DNA from: Paragordius varius
Lineage: Eukaryota; Animalia; Nematomorpha
Assembly (NCBI GenBank): GCA_964247055.1
Contig: OZ176057.1
Span: 744,001-808,000, forward strand
Reading direction: 5' to 3'
Length of the DNA: 64,000 nucleotides
The translations under genes and the position numbers were made by a program. Below, piece after piece: positions 12,601 through 25,552 of this stretch. How positions within the stretch are numbered: position 1 is the first letter of the stretch; every line of letters begins with the position of its first letter. Below the pieces are notes generated by a model that was not told where the DNA came from, did not search any database, and saw only the letters and a program-made list of their open reading frames with translations.

Positions 12601-15600
12601 GGCAAATGTAAAATCAGGGCATAAATCCACTAAAATCAAATCAATTATATGTAACAGTCAGTAAAAATTGGAATTATACAGACATTAAAACATAAAGACA
12701 AATATTTTGTTAACACAAAGACCGCTATATACTCTTTTAGAGTTGAGTTTTTAAAATAAATAATTTAATTTAATATATTCTACCAATTTGAAAAACAAAA
12801 AATTAAATCTAATAATAATTTGAAAACATTCAGCGGTTTTTTGATAAAAATTTATCAAATTTCAATTTGAATGTATAATCTTACTTAATTCAAAATTGAA
12901 TTTAAAACCAATACCTCTTATACAACATTTTCCAAATTGATCAATGCCTCGCCTAACGTCGCATTCGTGCGTTAATGGACAAGGGGGTTCGCTTGGTCCA
13001 CACACTCGATTTAGTATGGGATCTCCTCGGCTACATAAATGTCCTGGATCTAAATCTAACATCCAAATAAATTAAGTGTTTTTTCGGAAAAAGTTTATAT
13101 ACAGAGATAAGTTTTTTAAATATTGCCAAATATCATATATAGCAATGAGCATTATCATTGAGTAATAATAGTAAAAAGTGAAAAAATAACATAAGGCCAA
13201 TAATTACTATTTATAAGATAGGCTATCTGGCAAAACTCATATCAGTATATACTTACTTATACTCATATAGATACGGCCCCATAAACAGTTTACATACATA
13301 ATATCCATAAAAATTATAATTTATAGAAAAAATGGTTACTTCAATATTAAAAATAATTACTGTCAAATGGTTGCAGTCTAGCGCCCGGAATATTGCTTGG
13401 TAGTGTTCTAGGTCCATAGGTACGTAACGAGCGAACTGTCGTTGATTGATAAGATTTTTTGGAGGGTTGCGTAGATTTTTTTGGTTTTCGAGTAACTTGT
13501 TGTTTTTTCGGTTTTACCGTTGTTTTTTTCTTAGATGGTTGAGTTACTTTTTTACTTGAGCCTCCACCAGTTCCGCTCCCACCTCCATACCCTCCATATC
13601 CACCGCCTAATATTGGTTAAGTGTAGTATATAAAATAAAAATTGAAAATATACGGGTAAAACGTAAAGTGATATTTTTTTGCAAAAGACAACCATGCTTT
13701 TGTATACCATCCTTTTTAAATTGTAGGAAAAATCGATTAAAAAAGTATGGTTGTCTTTTGAAAAAAAAAACATTTGTCTTATTGTTTTTTTGTTATGTCT
13801 ATATAAATTCAAATTTTACTGTATCAAATTTCAAATTTTCTTTAATTTGCAATCTCAAATTTTTTAATACGCTCTTATTTATGTGACCAAAAAAACATCT
13901 TATTGGATATCCTATTAAAACTTTGCCTAAAACCACTGGGCACTTTAAGCGAAATTGAGCATAAAACGCAAAATAGTGAATTCCATAAATTCCAAGGTGC
14001 CTACCATGACCAATTATATAAAAAAATAAAATAAATAACGCTATCTCCATAATTATATAAATAATCGCATGCTAACCCCAAAATTTATTTTAACCCATTT
14101 ATAAATGTGAAAATTATTTCACTAAGTTTTTAATTTTATAAATTAGTATTTTAAGGTGTAGGCTTACCATAACCCCCATATCCGCCTCCACCTCCACCGC
14201 CACCGCCATAACCCCCGTAACCGCCATAGGCACCGCCAGAGAGAGCGGCAAATATCGGGGCTTGATCATTGTAAGCCGCTATATTTGAACCATCCAAGAC
14301 CGGAGAAACGCCCCCATAATATGGAGCAGGGTAACCAGCTGAATTGCTGCTACTGCTTCCTATTGATTTATCAGGCAAGCCCGGACTTCCCATACCCAAA
14401 CCGGCATTTATGTAGGGCGAAGCGGCTCCTTGACTCGCTACATAGTCATAACGGGCTGATCGCCAGGCCGGCGCATAATACCCTGCTCCGTTGTTTCTAC
14501 CTCGGGACGACCCTGAAGAAGATGCCAATTTTTTACCGCTGTGACTTCTGGGGTCAGCAATTGTTTCTCCTTTTCTTTGTTTTCCACTTTTTTCATTAAG
14601 TTGCTGTTGTTGTTTCTTTCCATCTCTGGAACCGGATATTTTGGCTTTTTTGTTGGTGCTAACATCAGAAGGAGGTCTACCACCCCTTACATCAGATTGT
14701 CCACTTGCTGGGTATTGTTTCCAAGCCACGACAGATTCTTGAGGCGCATTATCAGGGCGTCGTAAAAAGTATTGATTGTTTTGTGAGGGTTGAGCTTAAT
14801 AAATAAAATTTTAATTATATATATTTAGGTAAATCCATCATATTTTGAGACATTTTCCCCTAACAATGATATTCCTATGCATATTGTCGACGAACTCCCA
14901 AACTGTCACAACAATATTAATCTTTAAAAAAAACTACCTTAAGTCTAAGTCGTAAGTTTCAAAAGTTATATTTCATAAAGAGTAAACGCCATTTAAGTGA
15001 ATTATTTATAATTAAAATGTGTTTTAGAAGTTATTTTTATAATACTATTTAAATATACTTGCAGGAATTTGTAATGCAAATTATATTGTTCGTATATATT
15101 ATTTTTTCATTACTGATAATTTTCGGATATCTAGTGAATGAAATATTATAATTTTTGATCCATAATTTTTATTTTATATTAGTAATTAATACATTAGATC
15201 CTTGGCCGCCTTTTTTAAAAAAATTTTTAACCAATTATATTTGTTTCATTAATATTCAAATTTTTAAATAATGAAACTGTTCTATTTGCAATAGGACCCG
15301 GTACCCAGTCGGTAGAGCAGTGGTTCCCAACCTTTTTTTTGTTCACAACCCACTAAATTAAAAACTCCGATCAAAAAACCTAAAATAAAAATGTAAAATT
15401 CATTTTAATATTATAAAAATCCCAATCAATGAGATCCATTTCTAATTTTTGAAATATTTTTTTATATTGATGAGAAATCTTGATAACTTGCATCTGAAAT
15501 CCTTTAATTCATTTTTGGTTTTATTTTTAAATTGAATTCTTCAAAATTTTCGCGCCCCTCCTTAAATTCCCCTCCCCCTGGGGAGAGTTACCTCCCTTTT

Positions 15601-16087
15601 GAGAACCACTGCCACAGAGGATATATACAAAAATAATTTTTCAAAAGTAGAAAATTTATACATTTTTTTCCCTTAAAATTCATAATTAAAAATTATATAT
15701 TACAGTTATTTTACCTCCAGAATGAATGGCTTTATCAAATTTTATTTCGGATCTGGATGATAATGAATCTTGAATATTGCGACTAGCGTCCACCTCCTTG
15801 GAACTTTGTTCTTCTTTTGTACTTTGGGAAGAACCGGTTAACAGTTTTTCTCCCGGGCTTTTTTGTGGCGATGAACCAGTTTCCCTAGCTATGCTCTGAG
15901 CATTGGTGTATGGAATTACAGGTATCAAACTTAATAACACAATTGTGATAGTAAAAATCAAGGGAAAAGTAAAGGAAAATGCACCGTTTGCATAATTTTT
16001 TGCCGAAATTCTAACCATTTTAGGTGGGCTTAATGGATCAATGTTTTTACGGTCACTGTGGAGAAATGTCTTATGAGGATCCAACAT
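9625..16087 (-). CDS. Secreted modular protein: Gly/Tyr-rich and Lys-rich regions, two lustrin-type Cys-rich domains, WAP domain, low-complexity tail (about 1094 aa)
   Basis: In-frame GT-AG chain: 16087-15715, 14794-14168, 13606-13361, 13055-12915, 12629-12492, 12190-11993, 11728-10982, 10894-10668, 10340-9929, 9800-9625 (3285 nt). Hydrophobic leader FTFPLIFTITIVLLSLIPVIPYTNA|QS. Domains: CSRGDP...CGPSEPPCPLTHEC...CC; CPDFTF...CRTNTSFNDCGSGFRC...CC; WAP KPGTCP...CGGSCLHDFSCPGSQKCCLSANGCPMC. The start codon (M1 vs M24) and the last exon are uncertain. Confidence 0.85.
13633..13821. mobile_element. Tc1/mariner-type MITE (CAGTAAAAATTG family), degenerate, in an intron
   Basis: AAAAATTGAAAATATACGGGTAAAACGTAAA...AAAAGACAACCAT is mirrored by ATGGTTGTCTTTTG...TTTTACTG|TA. 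Confidence 0.6.
15318..15611. mobile_element. hAT-type MITE (CAGTGGTTCCCAA family) in an intron
   Basis: TIRs CAGTGGTTCCCAA / TTGAGAACCACTG. Degenerate 8-bp flanks CGGTAGAG / CCACAGAG. The interior is similar to 21102-21328. Confidence 0.75.
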
Positions 16088-19000
16088 GCATAAAATGTTA
16101 AAAATTAAATGAGAAAGGAAGGTGAGAAAAAATATTACGTGTTCTTTATCAAGTTAAACGTTATATTGTGTCAGCAATTAAACATAACTATTCTAACACT
16201 ATTTGAAAAAAAAATTAATTTAAAAGCACAGCATAATATTTAAAACAGGATCAAAGCATTCCAAACATGAAATTCAATTAGTTTAAAACACTTAGAGAGC
16301 GTTAAGCTATAATCTATTTTTTTCATGTGATAACCATTTTTAATTGATTTCATAATTTCTATGGTTAAAACTTTTTATTTTTTTAACTCATTAAACTAAT
16401 TTTCATAAATCGATTAAAAATATTTTTGCGCGTTACTATAAATTATAATCAGTTAAAAATGTTATCTTTAAAATAATTCCTCTTAGTTTAAATTAATTAA
16501 GCGTACGTTGACTTTTGTCATCTCACAGAAGTAGGTATTTTCAATTCAATAAGATTATATTAAAATGTTTTGCGCGCAAGTAAAGAACAAATGTACATCT
16601 TCAAAAGCTTAACTAATTAGTTTTACTATTTAAATTATCACATAAATTAAAGGTGGTTTACATCATATTTTATCTCATAAAAATGATAAAAATATATAAT
16701 TTCAGAAACTTAATACCTACCTATCTATTACTTTTCATTTGCCATGTGAAATCTTTTAATTGCACCATAAAATATGTTCATATGTGTTAAATCTTAAATG
16801 TTGGCCGACGTTATGTTTTTTTCTAAGCGTTTCAAATGTCGGCTAAAAATACATCAGCGATGTTATATCGTTATAATAACCAACACATCTGCCGTGAAAG
16901 CCATTTTCTAAAAATATTAATTCCAATATTTGTTGATAACAAAGGAATTATATATTTTTTGCCGTAACATTTTAATTATAATGAATAACATTTAATATCT
17001 TTGGATTTGTTTTTTTAGGTTTTTGATTAGTTTTTTTAATGTGGCAAACGGACATGGTCAGAAATACATTCTTAATATCCAATACTGCTAAAAACTATAA
17101 AAGAAACAATTATCATAGTAAAATTGTATCAAGTGATTTCCCATTTCCGATTCCTTGATTCGCAACCCAATAAAAAAATTAAGTTAAACAGCTGTCTTAG
17201 CTTGTTATTTTATGATATATGAATTTTAAATTATAAACATATTTTTAACATTTATTTATACATTTAAAAGACTCCTTTAAGGTGGTATTAAAAGTAAATA
17301 ATATTGTTGTTAAAACACATTCTTTACTGATATAGACTGTAATAATTTTCATATTTGTGTTAGGAAGAGAAATTTCCTTTCCTCCTTATAGACAGCCCTC
17401 ATAAACTAATGAGCTCAGCTGATCATCGTGCGATTCTCAGATGTAAAAACAATGTCCAGTTTTTATACAACCGTATTAATTTAGATTACTTTGTAGAGAG
17501 ACAAACTCCTTTTTCGATATAAAATTTTGAACCTTAAACCTAATTTAAAAAGGGGACAGTGAATATGAACCGTAATACTTATTTTAAAAATTTCTTGATG
17601 ATGCCATGATCGGGGGTATCGTTCGTATAAAAACCTAATAATTTTACATTGAACTTTAATTATCCATCCTTGATAGCTCAAAGGCCCAAAATGGACTAAG
17701 TAATTGCAAACGTTTGCTTAGTCGGTAAAAGTATATTTTAAATAAATATGAAACATCAGTCAAGCTAAAATTCGATTTTGATCTATTTGGAATTAGCTTT
17801 AAGTTTGAAAATCAGATATGAAAGAGTTTGTCAATTTGAAATAAAGGACCGTTATTTTGTAACTTATAATTGATATTTGTTAAATTAATAGTTTATTCTA
17901 TATAGAGGTTGTTAAATAATTATTGGAAAAATATATGTAAGTTTATAAGAAATATTTAATTATATAATATGCTTTCCATGTTTTAACTAATCCGCACTAC
18001 AAAGTTGTGTGTGACTGAGGTCTTTTTCCAAAATTTTACCATAATTTTAAATGACATATAATTTTATTTTATAAAACGACGTCTGAAAGTTTAAAATGTA
18101 GTACACTAAAATTTTAATTAGTTTAGCTCGTTGCCCGGTCAATATCCAACCCCTATTTATAGAAATTAATTAAACAAACTTAAATTGATTCAAATATTAA
18201 TTAAAAAAAACAGAGTTGTGTAAAAATTGGATAACTTTAACCTTTAGGATCATATTAACACCAAAATATATCATTGCAGAACGTTTTAGCCTAAGATGAC
18301 TTATGGGTAAAATATGCAGATTTTAAAGCAAGATTTTTATAAATTTATTTTTTTACATGACACTCTTTTATAGAAAAATACTTATGAAATCAATGATTAA
18401 ATGTGGCAAAAAAGGTATAAATTAATGCTTTCGTTTGAACTTGTCACCTTTTACATCTTTAATTAAAAAAATAATAATTTCTTGGATGGCAAAAGTTACG
18501 TGAATATTTTATTGGTGTTAACCGATATTCATATTCTGACCTAATTTTTGCTAATCGATAATTAACTTTATGAGATAAAAAATAAACTTTGCATGAAAAT
18601 AATAATTTTTTAATCAGAATATCAGAAATATGCTTCGAATTTTAAAATTCTACCGAGATGAAAATTTCAATTGCAAAAGGAATAATTTAGAAAACGCTTG
18701 TTTCTTCAAGATTTTTAGCTTATATTTTGATCCGTTTTTTCAACAAATATTTCCCTGGGCCACGCAAAAAAAAGGTGTAATAAAAATATGATTGTGTGTA
18801 GACGATTTTTTGAAAGATTTATATTTATTGCCGTAATAACCTGGGCAAATAAGTTTTCTTTTATCTCATAAACCCTAAAAGATTAAATTTTCATGTTCAA
18901 TTTTAAATAATAATCCTGATTTTCATAAAATTTTAGAAGCAATGTATTATACCCGTTTTAGGATTCGAAAAAAATACTTATTACACAATTAAAAATCTAG

Positions 19001-19767
19001 CTAAAATTCAAAATTTAAATTTTATTAAACTGTTGTTTTTCATTTTTTATTAAATCTGTCACCTTGTACCTCGTTGCATTTCTGTATTTGAAATAACTCA
19101 TATGCATTTATCCATATAAGTACCAAATAAAATAAATAATAAAATATTATTAAAATATTATATGTAAAAACTTGTTCAGAACATTACAATCAGATTTATA
19201 AGATATATTATATGTGCTTAAATTCTAAGATTAGATGTAATTTAAATATATAGGTCTCGCTTCAAGATAAAAATGTTAAATAGAAATAATAGCAATAATA
19301 CCATATATGTCATATATTTACAACATAACTTGAGTTTAACAATAAGATGATAAAATCTCTTCATAAGGGGTGAATTAAAAACTTATATTGTTATCAAATA
19401 ATATTTTTAAAGTATGTTGCCGCTATACTTTATAGAATGATGAAAAAATAACCTAATTAGTTATTATTTTTTGCAATAGTTTTTTTTCTTCAATTATTAG
19501 TCAGAATGAAAAAATATTTTATAATTAAAAAGGTATGAGATAAATGTCGATAGTTAGTTATATGATAACATAGGTCGAAGCATACTAAATATACTAAGGT
19601 TAATTCACATTTTTATAACACTAATGCTTTCTATCATGCGTGAAAACGTTTAAAACAGAGAAACACTCTAATCCGTTTAATTATAGGAAAATATTAATTA
19701 TAATCCTTCTCTAGCATAATATATATAACATTAAAAAAGTTACATTTCACTTATACCCGTATATAAA

Positions 19768-22700
19768 ATGAAGCAGGGTGGTAAATTTATCATTCGACCT
19801 CTACGAAGATTTTTGGGGAATAGTGCAAAGCTATGGTCGTTGTCCCTAACAACTCGTTTTACAACTATTGCAACATATATTCTTATCCTTACCACCTTGA
19901 TATGTTTACTAAGCAACCCTGTACATGGACAAAGTGATAATGATAACGTACATATTGATCCTTCCCACAGAAATTCTGGTGCCAGTAAGCACAGGAAAAC
20001 GCATGGCACTGGAGGGGGAAATAGCAATTCCGAGCTAGAGAAAAAACGATTGTATGAGGAAGCCAAATTAGTCATCGATTGGAATGAAGATGATGGACAA
20101 CATTATGCTTTCAAAGATCTTGCACAAGAAGAAATGGATTTGCCGCAAAACCGAGCAAAGCGTCAAATTCAACGCCGAGCCGTGGGAGACAGTTTACGCG
20201 GAAACGTTGGAGGCCAGAAGAAAGTTATAGCGCCCCGATTTTATCGAGACCGAAAAAGTGCCATTGACAGTACAGCTTGGTTGGCCAAAGGACCAACCAA
20301 AGGTCAAATTCCTGAAACGTTTGGTGTTGTGGATGAGGCGTATGGAGCCAAAGACCCGTTTCTAATGACAAATGTTGAACCACGCTTGTATGCATATCGT
20401 AAGAGCAAAGAAACCCCTGTACCTCCCAGACTTAACCCACCCAAAGTCGAACGTAAGTCATATAAATACTATATATATATATAATATAGCATTTTTATTA
20501 ATTCGTAATTCAAAAGATATATTTGACTATTTTTTTGCACAAATAATAAAATACTGTAAGAGTAAATATACATTGCTAATTTCTCATTTAACATGCCAGA
20601 GAGTGTATTCAGAGCGAAAAGTATTCTTATTGTCTTGTGGTAAAATAATAACTATGAATTAAAAATATAGCCCTTTGTTGTAAAATCTGGCAAATAATAA
20701 ATAAAAAATTAGTTATCTATACTTAGTATATTTATTTATATTTAGCGTATTTTGAAATTTATTTTTAATATAAACAAAATGTAAGGTAAAACCAAAAATT
20801 AGCTACTGAACTTTAGATTAGATCATATATATATCACAACATTTTGTGAATGTCTAATCAATATTCTTTAAAATAATCTAGCCATAATTTCCTATTGTGA
20901 AATTGGAAGAGCTCTGCATCAAAGATGCGGGCCCAAGGATGGCCCCTGCCCCAGTCTTTATCGTTGTGACATTGAACGAGAATGGGAAGACTATGGATAC
21001 TGTTGTCCTAGAAGTAATAATAATTCTAAAATATTTCATAATTGCAATTTATATATCTCAATTTTATATTTTATTTTTGTGTAAAATTGAATAAGTTAGA
21101 TCAGTGGTTCCCAACTTTTTTTCTTCACACCCCAATTTGTATTCTTTCACCCCCCTTGCCTCTTAAAAAAATCCAAGATACAATAAAATGATCAATCGAT
21201 GATCTACATTTTTTGAAATATATTTCCATATCGATGGAAATCTTGATAATTCGCACATTAAATTTGTTTCTCGTCCTATTTTTAATTTAATTCCTTAATT
21301 TGGGGGGCGTTGTTCTTCGGAAACACTGAGTTAGATGCATCTAAAATTTATCAATAAATTTATTTATTAATATTGCTGATGGTTGATTATAAAATTTTTT
21401 TTAATACATATATTTTATTTTTATTATATAGGTGATTTAATTTTAATTTTTTATTAAAAATTGAAATTATACGGATAAAAGATTAAGACTTTTTACCCTA
21501 GAAATAATACATTTTTAAAATAAGTATTTTTCAAAGTATAAGCCAAAAAAGGGTATGTTGTTTTAGTGTTTTTATAAAAAATAATCCTTACATAAGTTCG
21601 ATATTTCTTGTACAAGTTTTATCAGATTATAAAAAAATGTATTATTTTATATTTTTACACATTCACACCTAAGCCTTAAATTTTGTAAATATACAAAGAC
21701 AGATATTTTTTGCCAAAATACAATAATAATTTTTAAATCTTGATTTTTTAAATATAACTCATTTTTCGAAATGGCAAAGTGTTTTATAGAGATATTAATT
21801 AAATAGCTTATATAGGAAACATTAAGTATTGATAAAGATGCTTGTGTTTTGAAAAAAAATATTTGTCTTTATATTTTTACGTTTGTCCGTATAATATATA
21901 AATCATTTATTACTGATGTAAAATATATTATTGCTTTTGTTACCAATTTGCATCCCTGCTTTATACTCCGTTTAAAACAAAGAGAGTAGTTATATTGAAA
22001 TAAATTAAGATTTAAAAAGTATATACCGGTTATTTACAAAAATAATATTTGTTTTTATATTTGTACGTTTCACCTGGATAATTTCCATTTTTACTGGATA
22101 ATATATGTATAATTGATTTAAATATATATTTGCACAAATAAAATATTTTTATGTTTTTTATTTTTTCTGTAGCTGATATATGTGCGGATAGATCTATAGC
22201 ACTTCCCTTTAATTGCGGAAGTGGGATTCGATGTCCAACCGACTTCTATTGTACAGTTTCTTTCTTGGGTGTAACACGTAACAACAGTGGAATATGTTGT
22301 CCAAGTATAATATAGTTTTTAAAAAAATATATATAAATTATGATATTTTAAGTCACTGAGTAAATAAAATGGACTAGTTTCGGTACCAAAATACCCGCCG
22401 TTGTCAATAATTTTTAAAAGATTAATTTTTATGTGTTAGTATATTTTTATTCTTTGCTCTAAAAAATGATATTAAATAAATTTCAGTCAATGCAAATATA
22501 TAAATGTTACATTGGATTATTTTAGCAATGTGTGTTAACCAATTAATATTTATGTTGTTACTTAAGGTCAAAAAACTGGGTTCTGTCCCGCATCTACCAT
22601 CGTGCAAAATACGATAGATCTTACTATGCCAATTATATTGCCTGTATCTGGTTCTGGGACTTGTGTTGGCAGTTGTGTAACCGATTTTGATTGCCCCAAC

Positions 22701-24196
22701 ACCCAAAAATGCTGCAGTGATTCCCGGGGTTGTCGAGTGTGCACGGCTGCCCAAATATTTGTTGTGGAGAGTTTGATTCAAACCGGTAATTTATTTTTTC
22801 TGGCATGCCTGAAAATCTCATTTAATATGGAGGGGGATTTTTTGGAAAATAACTTTTTGATAAAACTGTTTTAATTTGCTATATGAAACATCTATTATAG
22901 CAAATTTAACAATATAGTATCACAATATTACTACAGTTCCAAAACAAGGGGGATTCATGTTGAAGTCGATTATATATGATGAGTTAAAATAATCTGTATA
23001 TACCACTGTAAAAATATTTAATTAAAAAAACTCCCAATAGAGCATACTTTTTGCTAAGATACATTTTTAGCATTCTATATGTAATATTTAATCGTACGCT
23101 AATTCTATAAACTATTTATGTTTAAGGCAATCTGACGCTAACCATAACGAATCCGGTCGGAATTCCGCTTGCAACTCTAACCGGAGGGGCCGCCGGGGCT
23201 CCCGGGGCTCCCCGTTTCAATTTAAATCAAATTCAAGCGAATCTTAGATCCCGGGCTCTATTTATGGCTCAACGACAAAGACTTGCCCGACGTCGGCAAC
23301 AACAGGCAGCGGCTGAACGGGTTAGAGGCGGTTCATCTGATGCAAATCAAAGGAGAGAGCCAATTAATAACACGGTTAATAGAAGGATTGTCCAACAACA
23401 ACAACCTACAGGTCCCACGGGTGGGGTATTAAACCCGGCTAAGGCCTTGGAACAAATTAAGCGTCTGGTCGACCTGAATCCATCCCTGAAACCTTTGTTT
23501 AGGACCTATCTTGAAAAAGATAATTCTGCTGCTGGTGAAGAAAACTCCTTAAGCCCCTCCTCAAATTTGGTTGAACCTGATCAAGGTGATATTAGTAAAA
23601 TACAAACGGCGAATTCGGCCCCCTCAGCAGCAGCGTCTAGTAGCTCAAGATTAGTGGAACAAAAATCGGACACAGCCGGTAATGATCTTTCTAAAGCGTT
23701 GCTACAAGCACGGCTACTGGCATTTTCTTCGCTTTTTGGTCTTACCAATACAGAATCGGCCGAAAAAACAGCTGAACTCCTACGGAGCATTGGAAGTGGA
23801 TCAACTGGAAATGAGGAATCCTCTAATGGTAACTCGCTTAATGCCTTACTCCTGCCCTTTTTAGCAGGTGCCGTGGGTAATAAGAAGGATATATCAAGTG
23901 GTACAAGCAATGCTAGTGCCTTAAAAAATGGCGTGGGAAAAAAGGTTGAAAACCTGATTGCCTCAAATTCGTTAGCTGAAAGCAACTCTCCAAACAAAGT
24001 AGCGAAAAATGCAGCATCGGCCCCAAAAGCTAAAGAACCATCAAAATTGTCACAACTGCCAGTTGAAAAGAGTAAAAAAATTGTGGCAGGCAAAAAGGGT
24101 ATAGCTATCGCGTCAGTCAGTGCAAATAATAAAAAATTGGTAGTGTCAAGCCCACAAAAACGATTTGGTTCTAGCAACCCTTTTAATTTAGTGTAA
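19768..24196 (+). CDS. Secreted modular protein, paralog of 9625-16087: two lustrin-type Cys-rich domains, WAP domain, Ser/Ala/Lys-rich tail (745 aa)
   Basis: Exons 19768-20452, 20882-21013, 22173-22304, 22567-22785, 23127-24196. All introns are phase-1 GT-AG (2238 nt total). Leader IATYILILTTLICLLSNPVHG|QS; furin-type RAKR. Domains: CEIGRALHQRCGPKDGPCPSLYRC...CC; CADRSIALPFNCGSGIRCPTDFYC...CC; WAP KTGFCP...CVGSCVTDFDCPNTQKCCSDSRGCRVC. Confidence 0.9.
21102..21328. mobile_element. hAT-type MITE in intron 2
   Basis: TIRs CAGTGGTTCCCAA / TTCGGAAACACTG with a perfect 8-bp target-site duplication AGTTAGAT (21094-21101, 21329-21336). Confidence 0.85.
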
Positions 24197-25552
24197 TGTA
24201 TATATGGCATTTAAGCATGCACAGTATTTTTAATTCTTTTCGTTTTCATACTAATTATAATTAATTTTAGACTTTAAATTCATTTCTGTATTTTTGTAAA
24301 TATTAGCCATATATGTATCATGTGTCTCTCTCATACATTATGTATATCACACCTGACAAACTCAATACTTTGTATTATTCATAATCTAATTAATTATAAA
24401 ATCTCTAATGGTTATATCATTTTCTCATACACATAAATAAAAATTAAATATATTTAGATGTTTCAAACATAATAAAAAACTTTAAATGGAATCTTATATG
24501 TCACGGGCAGTTAAATTTATGCGATAATATCAGAATGAGTCAAAAAAATAATTGATTTTTAATAAGCTGATAAGCAAATATTCCACAATTTTCAAAGTAT
24601 TTTGCTACCCATTTTTATCGAACGATATCGAAATTATAGATTATCATATAGTAAAATATTCTTATTTTAAACATTTTTCCAACAAAAGTATTATCCTTTT
24701 TAGAGCTAATAAATACAGAAACAACAAAAATATTTTTTAAGGAAAATATTTATTCATGGAATAAACAGTTAGTCAATCACACATATCATAAGTAAAAATT
24801 AACAAATAATGTTTTGTACGTTCACATAGCGTTTTTAAAATCAAACTAATTTTTACTGTATAAAATAACAGTCTCTTATGATTTCAAGACTTGACTTGTA
24901 CCACGCCTTTTATCTATATACATACTATTACTAAAAATTTTCAATATTGTCTGTGAAACATTTTCCAAAAAACCCGTAGAACTTAAGTTTTGGAATTTAT
25001 GGAATTTTTTGTGCCAGAAAAATGGCGTCTATACTATATTACAGCTTCCTTCACTGAAAATTCTATCCTTTGTGCTTAAATATATATATGGTTTCAAAGT
25101 AGAAATGCTTGTTGATAAAATTAGAGCCTTAACTAACTTGTAGGATTAAAATTTTTATTTGATTATTTTTTAACTCAGAAAAAATGGCATCTGACATTTT
25201 GAGTTAATAATTTTTTAAATCTTATCTACAAAAATGTTATTTAATTATACGCCTAAAAGGACAATGGACATCATATTTTAAACGTTAAAGATAATTTAAA
25301 ATAGGTAAAAAAATTTCACAGAGATTGTAATGAGTTTTAGTTAGGTTTAAAAAAACATATCAGTACCGTGATCAGATCTGCCAAACAAAAATATCTCATA
25401 ATAGGAAGAATTTGATAGGCTGTGTAAAGTGCACACTTTAAAATATAATAAATATAAAATTTGATGTATACGAATTAAAGGCCAAGAAAATAAAACAAAA
25501 TTTTTGCCATTTTACCGGTATTATAACATACCAAACTATTAAATGTCTAGGT

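Noticed and set aside
23581-24210. 209-aa antisense ORF (also 5731-6030, 14285-14599, 14541-14765, 19740-20075)
   Set aside because: These are shadows of real coding exons on the opposite strand, with no independent splice or domain support.
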